The notes: generated from the sequence alone by a model not told the origin. Shown: positions 18,796-26,526, counted from the first letter of the stretch. The stretch is DNA of 37,639 bases from an uncultured Lentisphaeria bacterium (GCA_903840185.1 CAIMFA010000686.1:1-37639); one strand, 5' to 3'. A program made the numbers and translations.

Positions 18796-19464
18796 TTATT
18801 TTTTCTTCAGACTTAAAGCGTCAAACCATGCCGGATTGTACGGCACCTGCTCTACATGCCCGTCGACAAAAACTATATTTTCTGAATTACCCGGATGATA
18901 CCAGTTCAAGTAACCCATATTGGCAACGGCATACCACAATTCATAGACGGTGCTGTAGCCGCTGACGGTATCAACCGCCCGTATATAAGCATCCCCATGC
19001 AGCATGCCGCGCTCCGAAGGTTTGGTAATCTGTGTAACCCGCAAGGACTTCCAGTCAGTAGTGAATCCGCCGCGCGCGCCAAGCAGCGTTGTCCGTATAA
19101 CACTGGAGTCTGTTGCCAGTGCCGAACTTTCCGGACAAACCAGTATTTTACCGGTCTTTTTAGTGGCCCCGTTTGACCAGTTCCATTGTTTGTCAACATA
19201 AAACATCAGCTTGACAAACCATAGTTTGTTCAACGCTCCGAAATTTCCATCCTGTGCCAGTTCCGGCTGCCATTCCCGGTTATCCTGACGGTAGAATTCC
19301 ACCAGCGTCCCCACCTGTTTTAAATTATTTTTGCAGGTGGCATTTCTTGCGGTTTTTCGCGCTTTGCTCAACGCCGGGAGCAGCATTGAGGCTAGAATTG
19401 CGATGATGGCGATCACCACGAGGAGTTCGATGAGCGTAAAAATTCTCTTTTGTTTAGTCTTCAT
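18796..19464 (-). CDS. Prepilin-type N-terminal domain protein (pseudopilin-like, H-X9-DG-type paralogue)
   Basis: The ORF track gives 18796..19482. The ATG at 19464 ([32 protein letters not shown]) has GGAGGA/AAGGAA upstream. It has the FTLIELLVV methylation-type motif and a C-terminal [15 protein letters not shown] motif. Confidence 0.85.
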   Translation of the reverse strand: MKTKQKRIFTLIELLVVIAIIAILASMLLPALSKARKTARNATCKNNLKQVGTLVEFYRQDNREWQPELAQDGNFGALNKLWFVKLMFYVDKQWNWSNGATKKTGKILVCPESSALATDSSVIRTTLLGARGGFTTDWKSLRVTQITKPSERGMLHGDAYIRAVDTVSGYSTVYELWYAVANMGYLNWYHPGNSENIVFVDGHVEQVPYNPAWFDALSLKKK

Positions 19465-19468
19465 TTCC

Positions 19469-19537
19469 TTACTTTCCTCCATTTTTTTCTTGTTTATTTA
19501 AAATGTTTAAGACCAATTCTTTTTTTATTGTCTTCAT
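19469..19537 (-). CDS. Candidate 22-codon upstream ORF ([22 protein letters not shown])
   Basis: AGGAGGT lies about 9 nt upstream of the ATG at 19537. The stop TAA (19471-19469) ends 4 nt before the pseudopilin ATG. It is too short for the ORF track and there is no homology evidence. Confidence 0.25.
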   Translation of the reverse strand: MKTIKKELVLNILNKQEKNGGK

Positions 19538-19583
19538 GCGCTTAAGTCACCTCCTGTTTGATTATCTCCGCCCATTGCAGAGC

Positions 19584-19612
19584 AGTATCTGAATATGTGA
19601 TTTTTAAGTCAA
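19584..19612 (-). promoter_or_regulatory. Candidate sigma70-type promoter of the pseudopilin/glycan operon
   Basis: Minus strand: TTGACT (19612-19607), a 17-nt spacer, then GATACT (19589-19584), about 45 nt upstream of the uORF ATG. Confidence 0.35.
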
Positions 19613-19628
19613 TAGAATACGTTGTAAA

Positions 19629-20708
19629 TCATTTGACCGGACCGGTGCTCTGCCGGACAATCAGCTCCAGCTTAACCTTCTGCTGGATTTTCCGGTTCAT
19701 ATAATTGCTCATCATCTGAAAAACACTGTCGGCGGCCATATAGCCCAGCGAATAATAATCCTGCCGGATGGTTGTCAACGGCGGATCGATGTATCCGGTA
19801 AAATCAAGATCGTCAAACCCGGTTACCGACACCTGTTCCGGAACTTTGTAATGATGATGGTTCAGCCAGCGTAAAATCTCAGCACAAGCATCGTCGGAAA
19901 CAGAGATAATCGCGGTCGGCGGCTCCGGAACCTGGAAGAATTTTTCTGTCAACCTGTAAAATTCAGCCACTGGATTCTTATCAGCTACCGCGACAGAAAC
20001 CTCCAATCTGGGATCAAAAGCAATGCCATGATTTTTTAATGTCTCAATAACCCCGCGGCGTCTCTCCTTAAAATGATCGTGCATTAATGATTCCATCATG
20101 AACAGCCCGATCCGGCGATGCCCCAGATCCAGTAAATGCTCTGTCACCTTCTTCATGGCGTCATAATTGTCAATATCCTGATAACTGCACCCCTGAACAG
20201 TGCGTCCTTCAACAATAAACGGTATTCCGGCATCCTCCACCAGCTTGATCGTACCGGCATCCAGTTCGTAATCGTACATAAAAATGACCCCGGCCTGCAG
20301 CGAGGGGTTATTTTTAACCGCGTCAATAGTTTTTTTCAACTGTTCATTGGGAATTAATTGAAGCTGGCCATGCTCTTCCTGCACCCGCATAAAAGCCCCG
20401 GCCATTAAACTTTGCAAGGTTTTGTGTTCCCGTGCCGGCATGCTGAGTACGCCGATCAACACTTTCTGTTTGCGCCCGGCGGGAGAAATAAAAGTGCCTT
20501 TGCCGCGGACCCGGTAAATCAGTCCTTCGTTTTCCAGCTTTTTCAGCGTACTGCGGATCGTAATCCGGCTGACGTCAAATTCCTGGCACAACACCTCTTC
20601 CGGCGGAAGCTGGCTCTCCGGAGAGTACTTGCCGGAAGCAATATCAGTATGTATTTTCTCCGCCAGTTGCAGATAAATCGGTTTAAAGCTGTACCGGTTT
20701 AAAATCAT
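19629..20708 (-). CDS. Transcriptional regulator, GntR-type winged-helix N-domain fused to a LacI/PBP1-type sugar-binding domain (AraR-like architecture)
   Basis: 359 aa. The N-terminus ..IYLQLAEKIHTDIASGKYSPESQLPPEEVLCQEFDVSRITIRSTLKKLENEGLIYRVRGKGTFI is a GntR HTH. The remainder looks like a periplasmic-binding-protein type 1 fold (..GVIFMYD.., ..VTGFDDL..). Confidence 0.85.
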   Translation of the reverse strand: MILNRYSFKPIYLQLAEKIHTDIASGKYSPESQLPPEEVLCQEFDVSRITIRSTLKKLENEGLIYRVRGKGTFISPAGRKQKVLIGVLSMPAREHKTLQSLMAGAFMRVQEEHGQLQLIPNEQLKKTIDAVKNNPSLQAGVIFMYDYELDAGTIKLVEDAGIPFIVEGRTVQGCSYQDIDNYDAMKKVTEHLLDLGHRRIGLFMMESLMHDHFKERRRGVIETLKNHGIAFDPRLEVSVAVADKNPVAEFYRLTEKFFQVPEPPTAIISVSDDACAEILRWLNHHHYKVPEQVSVTGFDDLDFTGYIDPPLTTIRQDYYSLGYMAADSVFQMMSNYMNRKIQQKVKLELIVRQSTGPVK

Positions 20709-20915
20709 GCTTGCGCTCGCTGTTAATTATCGTTGTACTGTTAAGTATTATATGACATACTTGGAGATATGTCAATAGCATTTTGCTATGATAAAGTAAA
20801 GTTTTTTAAAATAATATTGGCATTCAGAAAAATTCGCGAGGAAAAACGAATATTCCGCTGGTGAAAGACTTTCTCTATTTCACGGACAGCCGCCCTGTAT
20901 AATGTTCTCAAGGGT

Positions 20916-20976
20916 CTTATGATGGGGGCTTATGGTGGGTCTTATGGGGTTTATGGGGTTTATGGGGTTTATGGGG
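20916..20976. repeat. Tandem repeat array, TTATGG-containing units (13, 12, 10, 9, 9, 8 nt)
   Basis: The array reads cttatgatggggg / cttatggtgggt / cttatggggt / ttatggggt / ttatggggt / ttatgggg, directly from the sequence. It is intergenic, downstream of pfk. Confidence 0.9.
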
Positions 20977-20977
20977 C

Positions 20978-20995
20978 GGGGGAGGATTCTCCCCC
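20978..20995. repeat. Perfect 7-bp GC-rich hairpin separating two tandem arrays
   Basis: gggggag (20978-20984), loop gatt, ctccccc (20989-20995). Confidence 0.85.
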
Positions 20996-21030
20996 TGTCC
21001 GTTCTGTCCGTTTTGTCCGTTCTGTCCGTT
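20995..21030. repeat. Tandem 9-bp repeat array (CTGTCCGTT x4, one T variant)
   Basis: ctgtccgtt / ctgtccgtt / ttgtccgtt / ctgtccgtt, followed by a degenerate tctttccctg. Confidence 0.9.
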
Positions 21031-21066
21031 TCTTTCCCTGTTTTAGATAACTGCGTATTTCGGGCG

Positions 21067-22185
21067 TTATACGCCGAAGCTGATGCCGGTTTCCCGGGCG
21101 CTTTTAATCCAGGGGTGGTCTTGAGGAACCAGTTTAAGTTTTCCTGCGACCTCTTCAATCGGAACCGGCTCAATGTCCTGCCCTTTGGAGGCGACCATGT
21201 AGCCGAATTGTCTTTTCCTGATCAGGTCAACACAGGCATTGCCGAGTTTGGTTGCCAGTATGCGGTCGGAAGGGGAAGGTTTGCCGCCGCGCTGGAGGTA
21301 ACCGAGGATCGTGACGCGGGTTTCCTGACCGGTGAGTTCTTCCAGTTTCTGGGCGATCCGCAGCGTATTGCCGGTGCGCGCCAGCCAGAGGTTCTCAAGT
21401 TCGATTTTGGATTTTTCCTTGTCTTTTTTGGAAGTAGCTTTCTCTTTTCTTGCCGCGGCCTGGGCAAAGAGCAGGGCTTCAGCTTTGGAAACCGCGCCTT
21501 CGGCCACCGGAACAATCGAGAAGCGTTTTCCTTCTCTGGAGCGCTGGAGAATGGCGTTGGCGACATTATTGATGTCGTAAGGCAGTTCCGGAATTAAAAT
21601 AACATCCGCGCCGCCGGCGAGTCCGGCGCCGAGGGTCAACCATCCGGCGCGATGTCCCATGATCTCCACCAGCATGATCCGTTTGTGGCTGCTGGCGGTG
21701 GAATGCAGGCTGTCAATTGCATCGGTGGCAATCCGCAGCGCGGTGTCAAAGCCGATCGAGTTATCTGTACACGCGATATCATTGTCAATAGTTTTGGGGA
21801 TCGTAATGATGTTGAGCCCTTTTTCTTTCAACTTTAAAGCGCTCTTATGGGTGCCGCCGCCGCCGATGCAGATCAGGGCGTCAAGCTGATGTTTCTTGTA
21901 ATTTTCGACAATGACATCGGTCATGTCCATGATGTTTTTCCCCACCGGCATTTTTTGCGGTTTGGTGCGGCTGGTGCCGAGGACGGTGCCGCCGGCAGTC
22001 AGGATGCCGGAGAGGTCATCATTATTCAGATGCATTGTTTTATCATAAACCAGGCCTTCGAAGCCGTCTCTGAATCCCAGCAGTTGAATATTGTAATGCA
22101 GCAGGCTTTTGCCGACCGCCCTGATGGCGGCATTAAGTCCGGGGCTGTCGCCGCCGGCAGTCAGAATTCCAATACATTTAGCCAT
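21067..22185 (-). CDS. pfk: 6-phosphofructokinase (phosphoryl donor ATP or PPi, unresolved)
   Basis: 372 aa with the PFK motifs [39 protein letters not shown] and LGYLQRGG. Confidence 0.9.
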   Translation of the reverse strand: MAKCIGILTAGGDSPGLNAAIRAVGKSLLHYNIQLLGFRDGFEGLVYDKTMHLNNDDLSGILTAGGTVLGTSRTKPQKMPVGKNIMDMTDVIVENYKKHQLDALICIGGGGTHKSALKLKEKGLNIITIPKTIDNDIACTDNSIGFDTALRIATDAIDSLHSTASSHKRIMLVEIMGHRAGWLTLGAGLAGGADVILIPELPYDINNVANAILQRSREGKRFSIVPVAEGAVSKAEALLFAQAAARKEKATSKKDKEKSKIELENLWLARTGNTLRIAQKLEELTGQETRVTILGYLQRGGKPSPSDRILATKLGNACVDLIRKRQFGYMVASKGQDIEPVPIEEVAGKLKLVPQDHPWIKSARETGISFGV

Positions 22186-22210
22186 ATTTTATACCATAAG
22201 TTGATTGTTA

Positions 22211-22482
22211 ATACCGAATCGCAATCTTAAAGCTAGTAAGGATTGCGGATTCCGTCTTTGCCGGGATGGGCTGGACGAGGCTGGCGCTACCAGGGTAGCG
22301 ACTGAACTCGTACAGCACGTATCCGGCATGGCGGAAACGCAACCGTTTCGCGGCAAGGCCCTTTTGCGTTTATTTGAAAACGGCTCCATCCCCCGATATT
22401 CATATCGGGCTTCCGTCACTGTTCCCAAATAATTCTCAAAATTGCTCTTGTCGTTACTGGCTTTAAGATTGCGAATCGGTAT
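22211..22482 (+). ncRNA. Unclassified highly structured element (candidate ncRNA, or MITE-like inverted-repeat element)
   Basis: A 23-nt terminal inverted repeat (22211-22233 vs 22460-22482, one A.A mismatch) encloses several hand-foldable helices. A diverged paralogue at 1..235 shows compensatory stem changes. Strand is tentative. No signature of RNase P, tmRNA, SRP or a common riboswitch was recognised. Confidence 0.45.
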
Positions 22483-22545
22483 AAAGATAATGCTTAAGAA
22501 TATAATCCGTTTACAGCAAAATCAAAAGCGCCGGCTTCACAAACT

Positions 22546-24708
22546 TTAAATTTCTTGAGGACGGGAGAATACTTTGAGTTTCTTTATCTCTTCACGCCGC
22601 TGTCTGGACTTGTCGTAAATTTCCTGGAAAAGCTGATAAGTGCGGAACTGACTGGCGGAATTGTCTTTGACTTTATTGAATGTCCGGGAATAGGCGCCGG
22701 TCGGCAGCATGTGCCGTGATTTGCGCTTATCCTTAAGCTGAATCTCCAGTGTCTGCCGGATGACTTTCCTGACGCTTTCCTTTTCCACTGGAAACATGAT
22801 CTCAATCCGGTGATCCAGGTTTCTGGGCATCCAGTCGGCGCTGGAGAGATAATATTCCTCTTCGCCGCAATTCCTGAAGTAGAAAACCCGGCTGTGTTCA
22901 AGATAGCGGTCAACAATGCTGATGACATTGATATTACTGGTGCCGATGCCGGGCTTCAGACAGCAGATGCCGCGCACGATCAAGTCAATTTTAACCCCGG
23001 CCATCGCCGCGCGATAGAGGTGCGCAATGATTTCCGGGTCAACCAGCGAATTCATTTTGGCGATGATGCGTCCCGGATTGTTTTTAGTCGAAATTCTGGC
23101 TTCACGGTCAATCAACTCGATGAATTTCTCTCTCAGGGAGAACGGCGCCACCGCGATCCTTTTCCAGGTGTTCAGCGGCGAAGAATAGCCGGTCATGACG
23201 TTGAACAGCGAAGATACTTCCAGGCAGATTTCCGGGTCGCACATGAACATCCCGATATCGGTATACAGCTTTGCGGTCTTGTCGTTGTAGTTGCCGGTTG
23301 CCAGATGGACATAACGTTTAATCCGCATATCCTTGTTGCGCTTGACGATCAGCAGCGCCTTGCAGTGTATCTTGAATCCTGCGATACCGTAGATAACGTG
23401 CGCGCCGGATTCTTCAAGTTTTACCGCCCAGTTAATATTATTGTTTTCGTCAAACCGGGCCTTTAATTCCAGAATAACTGTGACCTGCTTGCCGTTTTCA
23501 GCGGCGCGCTGCAGTGCCTTGATTACCGGGGAGTCACCGCTGACCCGGTAAAGCGTCTGCTTGATCGCCAGCACATCCGGATCTTCCGCCGCTTCATTCA
23601 GCAGTTTGACTACCGGGTCAAACCCCTGGAAAGGCACCGCGTCCATTACACATTCCTCGCGGTCAATCACGCTGAACATCGAACCGCCGCCGGTAAATTC
23701 CGGAACCGGCAACGGCGGCCACGGCTGGTTCATCAGGTCGGGACGGTCAACCTTGCCGATAAACTCAAAAAAAGCGGCGGGATTAAGCGGCATCGGCACA
23801 TTATATTTTAAATCATCATCCAGCTGGAATTGTTCCATCAGCCATTCCGCCAGCTTGCCGCGGCTGCCCTTGGGCAGTTCGAGCCGGATCGGCTCCCGGC
23901 TCTTGCGGTGAAGCAGTTCCTTTTTCATGTACTGCAGAAGGTCGGCAACTCCTTCCTCGTCCAGCGAAAAATCCATATCGCGGGTAATCCGGAAAGGAAT
24001 GATTTCGTGTATTTTGCAGTTGCTGAACAGGAACTGGATATGCTCCATGATCAAATCTTCCAGCAGCACATACTGCTGCTTGTTTTTGGGCGAGAAACTG
24101 AGCCGGATAAAGCGCGGCAGCAGTTGCGGGACTTCGACGAATGCATGCAGCACTTTGCCGGAATCATCACGGCTCAGGCTGACGGCGATTTCAATTGCCC
24201 CGCTGTTGAGAATCGGAAACGGATGGCTGGGGTCAACCGCGAACGGAGTAAGCACCGGAAACACCTGATTGAGGAAGTATTCCTTCAGAAAAACCCGTTG
24301 TTCGCTGGATAACTGTTCAGGATTGACGAGTTGAATTCCTTTCTCCTCCAGCGCCGGCATGATTTCCTGCAGCAAATAACGGTATTTGCGCTCGATCAGC
24401 CCCTTAAGTCTTTTCTTTATCGCTTTGATTTGCGCCGCCGGTTCCAGTCCGGAACAATCGGTCTGCAATGTTTTGGAACTTAACAACTGCCGCAGCCCGG
24501 CAACCCTGATCATGAAAAATTCATCAAGATTGTTGCTGAATATGGCGATGAACTTGAGTCTTTCCAGCAGCGGGTTGCCGACATCGCCGGCCTCGTCCAG
24601 CACCCTGGCATTAAATTCTAGCCAGCTCAATTCGCGGGAAACAAAATATTTTTTATCGAGAAAACCACTCACTGCGCTAATACTCCTGAAATTTGCTATC
24701 CTCTGCAC
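22546..24708 (-). CDS. ppk1: Polyphosphate kinase 1
   Basis: 720-aa ORF starting at a GTG. The likely true start is the GTG at 24672 (MSGFLDKKYFVSRELSWLEFN), with AGGAGT about 10 nt upstream. PPK1 hallmarks: RELSWLEFNARVLDEA, phosphohistidine region GFKIHCKALLIV, and C-terminal LEHSRVFYF. Confidence 0.93.
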   Translation of the reverse strand: MQRIANFRSISAVSGFLDKKYFVSRELSWLEFNARVLDEAGDVGNPLLERLKFIAIFSNNLDEFFMIRVAGLRQLLSSKTLQTDCSGLEPAAQIKAIKKRLKGLIERKYRYLLQEIMPALEEKGIQLVNPEQLSSEQRVFLKEYFLNQVFPVLTPFAVDPSHPFPILNSGAIEIAVSLSRDDSGKVLHAFVEVPQLLPRFIRLSFSPKNKQQYVLLEDLIMEHIQFLFSNCKIHEIIPFRITRDMDFSLDEEGVADLLQYMKKELLHRKSREPIRLELPKGSRGKLAEWLMEQFQLDDDLKYNVPMPLNPAAFFEFIGKVDRPDLMNQPWPPLPVPEFTGGGSMFSVIDREECVMDAVPFQGFDPVVKLLNEAAEDPDVLAIKQTLYRVSGDSPVIKALQRAAENGKQVTVILELKARFDENNNINWAVKLEESGAHVIYGIAGFKIHCKALLIVKRNKDMRIKRYVHLATGNYNDKTAKLYTDIGMFMCDPEICLEVSSLFNVMTGYSSPLNTWKRIAVAPFSLREKFIELIDREARISTKNNPGRIIAKMNSLVDPEIIAHLYRAAMAGVKIDLIVRGICCLKPGIGTSNINVISIVDRYLEHSRVFYFRNCGEEEYYLSSADWMPRNLDHRIEIMFPVEKESVRKVIRQTLEIQLKDKRKSRHMLPTGAYSRTFNKVKDNSASQFRTYQLFQEIYDKSRQRREEIKKLKVFSRPQEI

Positions 24709-24759
24709 GGCTGAAAATTAAACTATAGATGAATTTTCAACCGCGCAAAGTATATATTG

Positions 24760-26310
24760 CTACTCTAAAACTATTTTCATTCCGTAAACATCTTCAAACA
24801 GATCAGATTTCCTGGTCAGCAGGGTTTTTTCCAGTCCCATGTCAACCGAACCGCTGCTTTTAATCGCCAGCACCCGGTCCTTGACGGTAACCGAGCAATT
24901 CCGGGTTTTACGCTCCTGGGAATTGGCCACGGCGTCGGCAACCCGGAGGATGGCAGCCAGTTTGCAGACCAGCACCCGCATCGATGGCGAAAGAATCATG
25001 TATTCAGGGTGTGACGCCTGCGGCTTGCCTTTGCGGTGATAGCGGGCCACGGCCGCCACTACCAGCCGCTCTTCTTCGGTCAAGCCGGGAATCTGCGTAT
25101 TTGAAATCAGATAACACGAATGCTTATGATGCTTCCGCGAATCCACAAAACGGCCGATATCATGCAGAATCGCCGCAATTTCCAGATACAGCCGCTCCCG
25201 TTCGCCCAGTGAATGAACCGCATGCATCTTATCAAAAATTTTGACCGCTATCTCTTTAATTGCCTCGACATGGCACGGATCGAAACAGTATTTTTTGCCC
25301 ATGGATTTAACCACGGACAGCATATCCGGAATAAACGGGTCTTTTTCATTGAACAACTGGCGGATTATATCTTCAAGCACGGCATTTCTGGTTGTCACCG
25401 CCGGCACAATCAGAGCACCGGCGCCGGTCATGTCGAAAAAGCGTTTTATAATCCAAGCGCATGGAACAATTCCCCTGGCGGCGACATCGCCGATCTGGTA
25501 TTTTTCCGCTATTTCCGCCTGCGACATCAGATTGATTTTGCGGAAAAGTTTTTCAAATTTTTCCAGCGTAATTGTCCTGACCGGCTGATTCTTCACGGCT
25601 TTACCGTTAATATCCATAATGATGCGGACACTCTCGCCGACCGCAACAAACTGGATGGTTTTGGGAATGTCGGAAATCCGGCTGATCCGGTCGGCGATCA
25701 GGTCCGTATATGAATCAATGATGTCAGTGAGCCTTTCCGGTTCCGCCGCCTTGTTGCCGTATTCTTCAAAAATACGGATGGTGCCGAGGGCGAAAGTCTC
25801 GGCAAATTTCAGCTCCCCGTTGCGCACCAGTGAAACTTCCACCGAGCCGGAGCCTATTCCCAGCAGCAGCAGATCGGCTTTGGCCAGCGCGGTTTTCCCG
25901 CCAAGCGCTTTTTTTACCGCCATGGTGATCAGCGCGGCCTCTTTCGAGCCTTCCAGAATTTCCAGGTCAATGCCGCTGGCAATTTTGATATTGTTGATGA
26001 AGATTTCGCGGTTAAAAGCTTCGCGCACCGCACTGGTCGCGAAAGCCCGGATATAGCCGACTCCGTATTCCGCCGTTTTCGCGGCAAAATCTTTCATGAT
26101 TCCGCACAGCAGACTGGTTGAATCAGGCGAGATCATGCCTCTGGTGAAAACATCTCTGCCCAGATTTACCGGCTGCACCAGGCTTTCCAGTATTTCGTAG
26201 CTTTTATTCTTTTCGATCTGGATTATATCCATCCGCGCCGAATGGGCGCCGATATCAATAATCGCCGCCTGCAGCGGCATCTTAATCTTTTTTGCCGGAA
26301 TCAACGCCAT
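24760..26310 (-). CDS. ppx: Exopolyphosphatase / pppGpp phosphohydrolase (Ppx/GppA) with C-terminal HD domain
   Basis: 516 aa. ASKHA-type N-terminus AIIDIGAHSARMDI and an HD region ILHDIGRFVDSRKHHKHSCYLI. GGAGGA upstream. It lies 51 nt upstream of ppk1. Confidence 0.9.
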   Translation of the reverse strand: MALIPAKKIKMPLQAAIIDIGAHSARMDIIQIEKNKSYEILESLVQPVNLGRDVFTRGMISPDSTSLLCGIMKDFAAKTAEYGVGYIRAFATSAVREAFNREIFINNIKIASGIDLEILEGSKEAALITMAVKKALGGKTALAKADLLLLGIGSGSVEVSLVRNGELKFAETFALGTIRIFEEYGNKAAEPERLTDIIDSYTDLIADRISRISDIPKTIQFVAVGESVRIIMDINGKAVKNQPVRTITLEKFEKLFRKINLMSQAEIAEKYQIGDVAARGIVPCAWIIKRFFDMTGAGALIVPAVTTRNAVLEDIIRQLFNEKDPFIPDMLSVVKSMGKKYCFDPCHVEAIKEIAVKIFDKMHAVHSLGERERLYLEIAAILHDIGRFVDSRKHHKHSCYLISNTQIPGLTEEERLVVAAVARYHRKGKPQASHPEYMILSPSMRVLVCKLAAILRVADAVANSQERKTRNCSVTVKDRVLAIKSSGSVDMGLEKTLLTRKSDLFEDVYGMKIVLE

Positions 26311-26526
26311 TTTTTCCTCCGGGAAATATACTGAACGCTTTGATAATTATAAAACTTTACTCTTGAAATTTAAATGTCAAACTGGTTTTGCACAAGCCTT
26401 GGAACACGGAAATGCAATATTTTTTAAGGATTGTTCTGCTTTTGCAGTTTCTATATCTCTTTCTATTAGAAATCAATTAAAAACATGCCAGGCGACTGGC
26501 AAAACCGCCCGGATATATCTATGTTT

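Noticed and set aside
20916-21030. Possible CRISPR array (also considered for 35972-36058 and 37386-37460)
   Set aside because: The units are 7-13 bp and directly abut one another without spacers. CRISPR repeats are about 24-48 bp and alternate with unique spacers. No cas genes are present.
20880-21597. ORFs 20880..21173 (-) and 20932..21597 (+), which encode repetitive peptides (..PINPINPINPIRP.., ..DRTDKTDRTDR.., MGFMGFMGFMG..)
   Set aside because: They are produced by reading through the 9-bp tandem arrays, and they overlap the well-supported pfk gene in antisense or at its 3' end. They lack a start context and have repeat-driven composition.
22189-22432. ORFs 22189..22428 (-) and 22205..22432 (+) in the ppk1-pfk spacer
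   Set aside because: They lie entirely within the inverted-repeat-closed structured element. The peptides are Arg/Ser-rich and there is no RBS. The paralogous copy at 1..235 conserves pairing rather than a reading frame.
22211-22482. Identity as RNase P RNA, tmRNA, SRP RNA, 6S RNA, retron msr/msd or a known riboswitch
   Set aside because: There is no GAGGAAAGUCC/ACAGAA-type RNase P block and no tRNA-like end or tag ORF. The SRP domain IV motif is absent. The multi-branched fold is unlike the 6S bubble architecture, and no reverse transcriptase gene lies nearby. I recognised no riboswitch core motif. A covariance-model search is still needed.
22526-22537. Small hairpin aagc-gccg-gctt after the ppk1 stop, considered as an intrinsic terminator
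   Set aside because: The stem is only 4 bp. The following T-rich stretch on the minus strand (TTGATTTT) is suggestive, but the structure is too weak to call.
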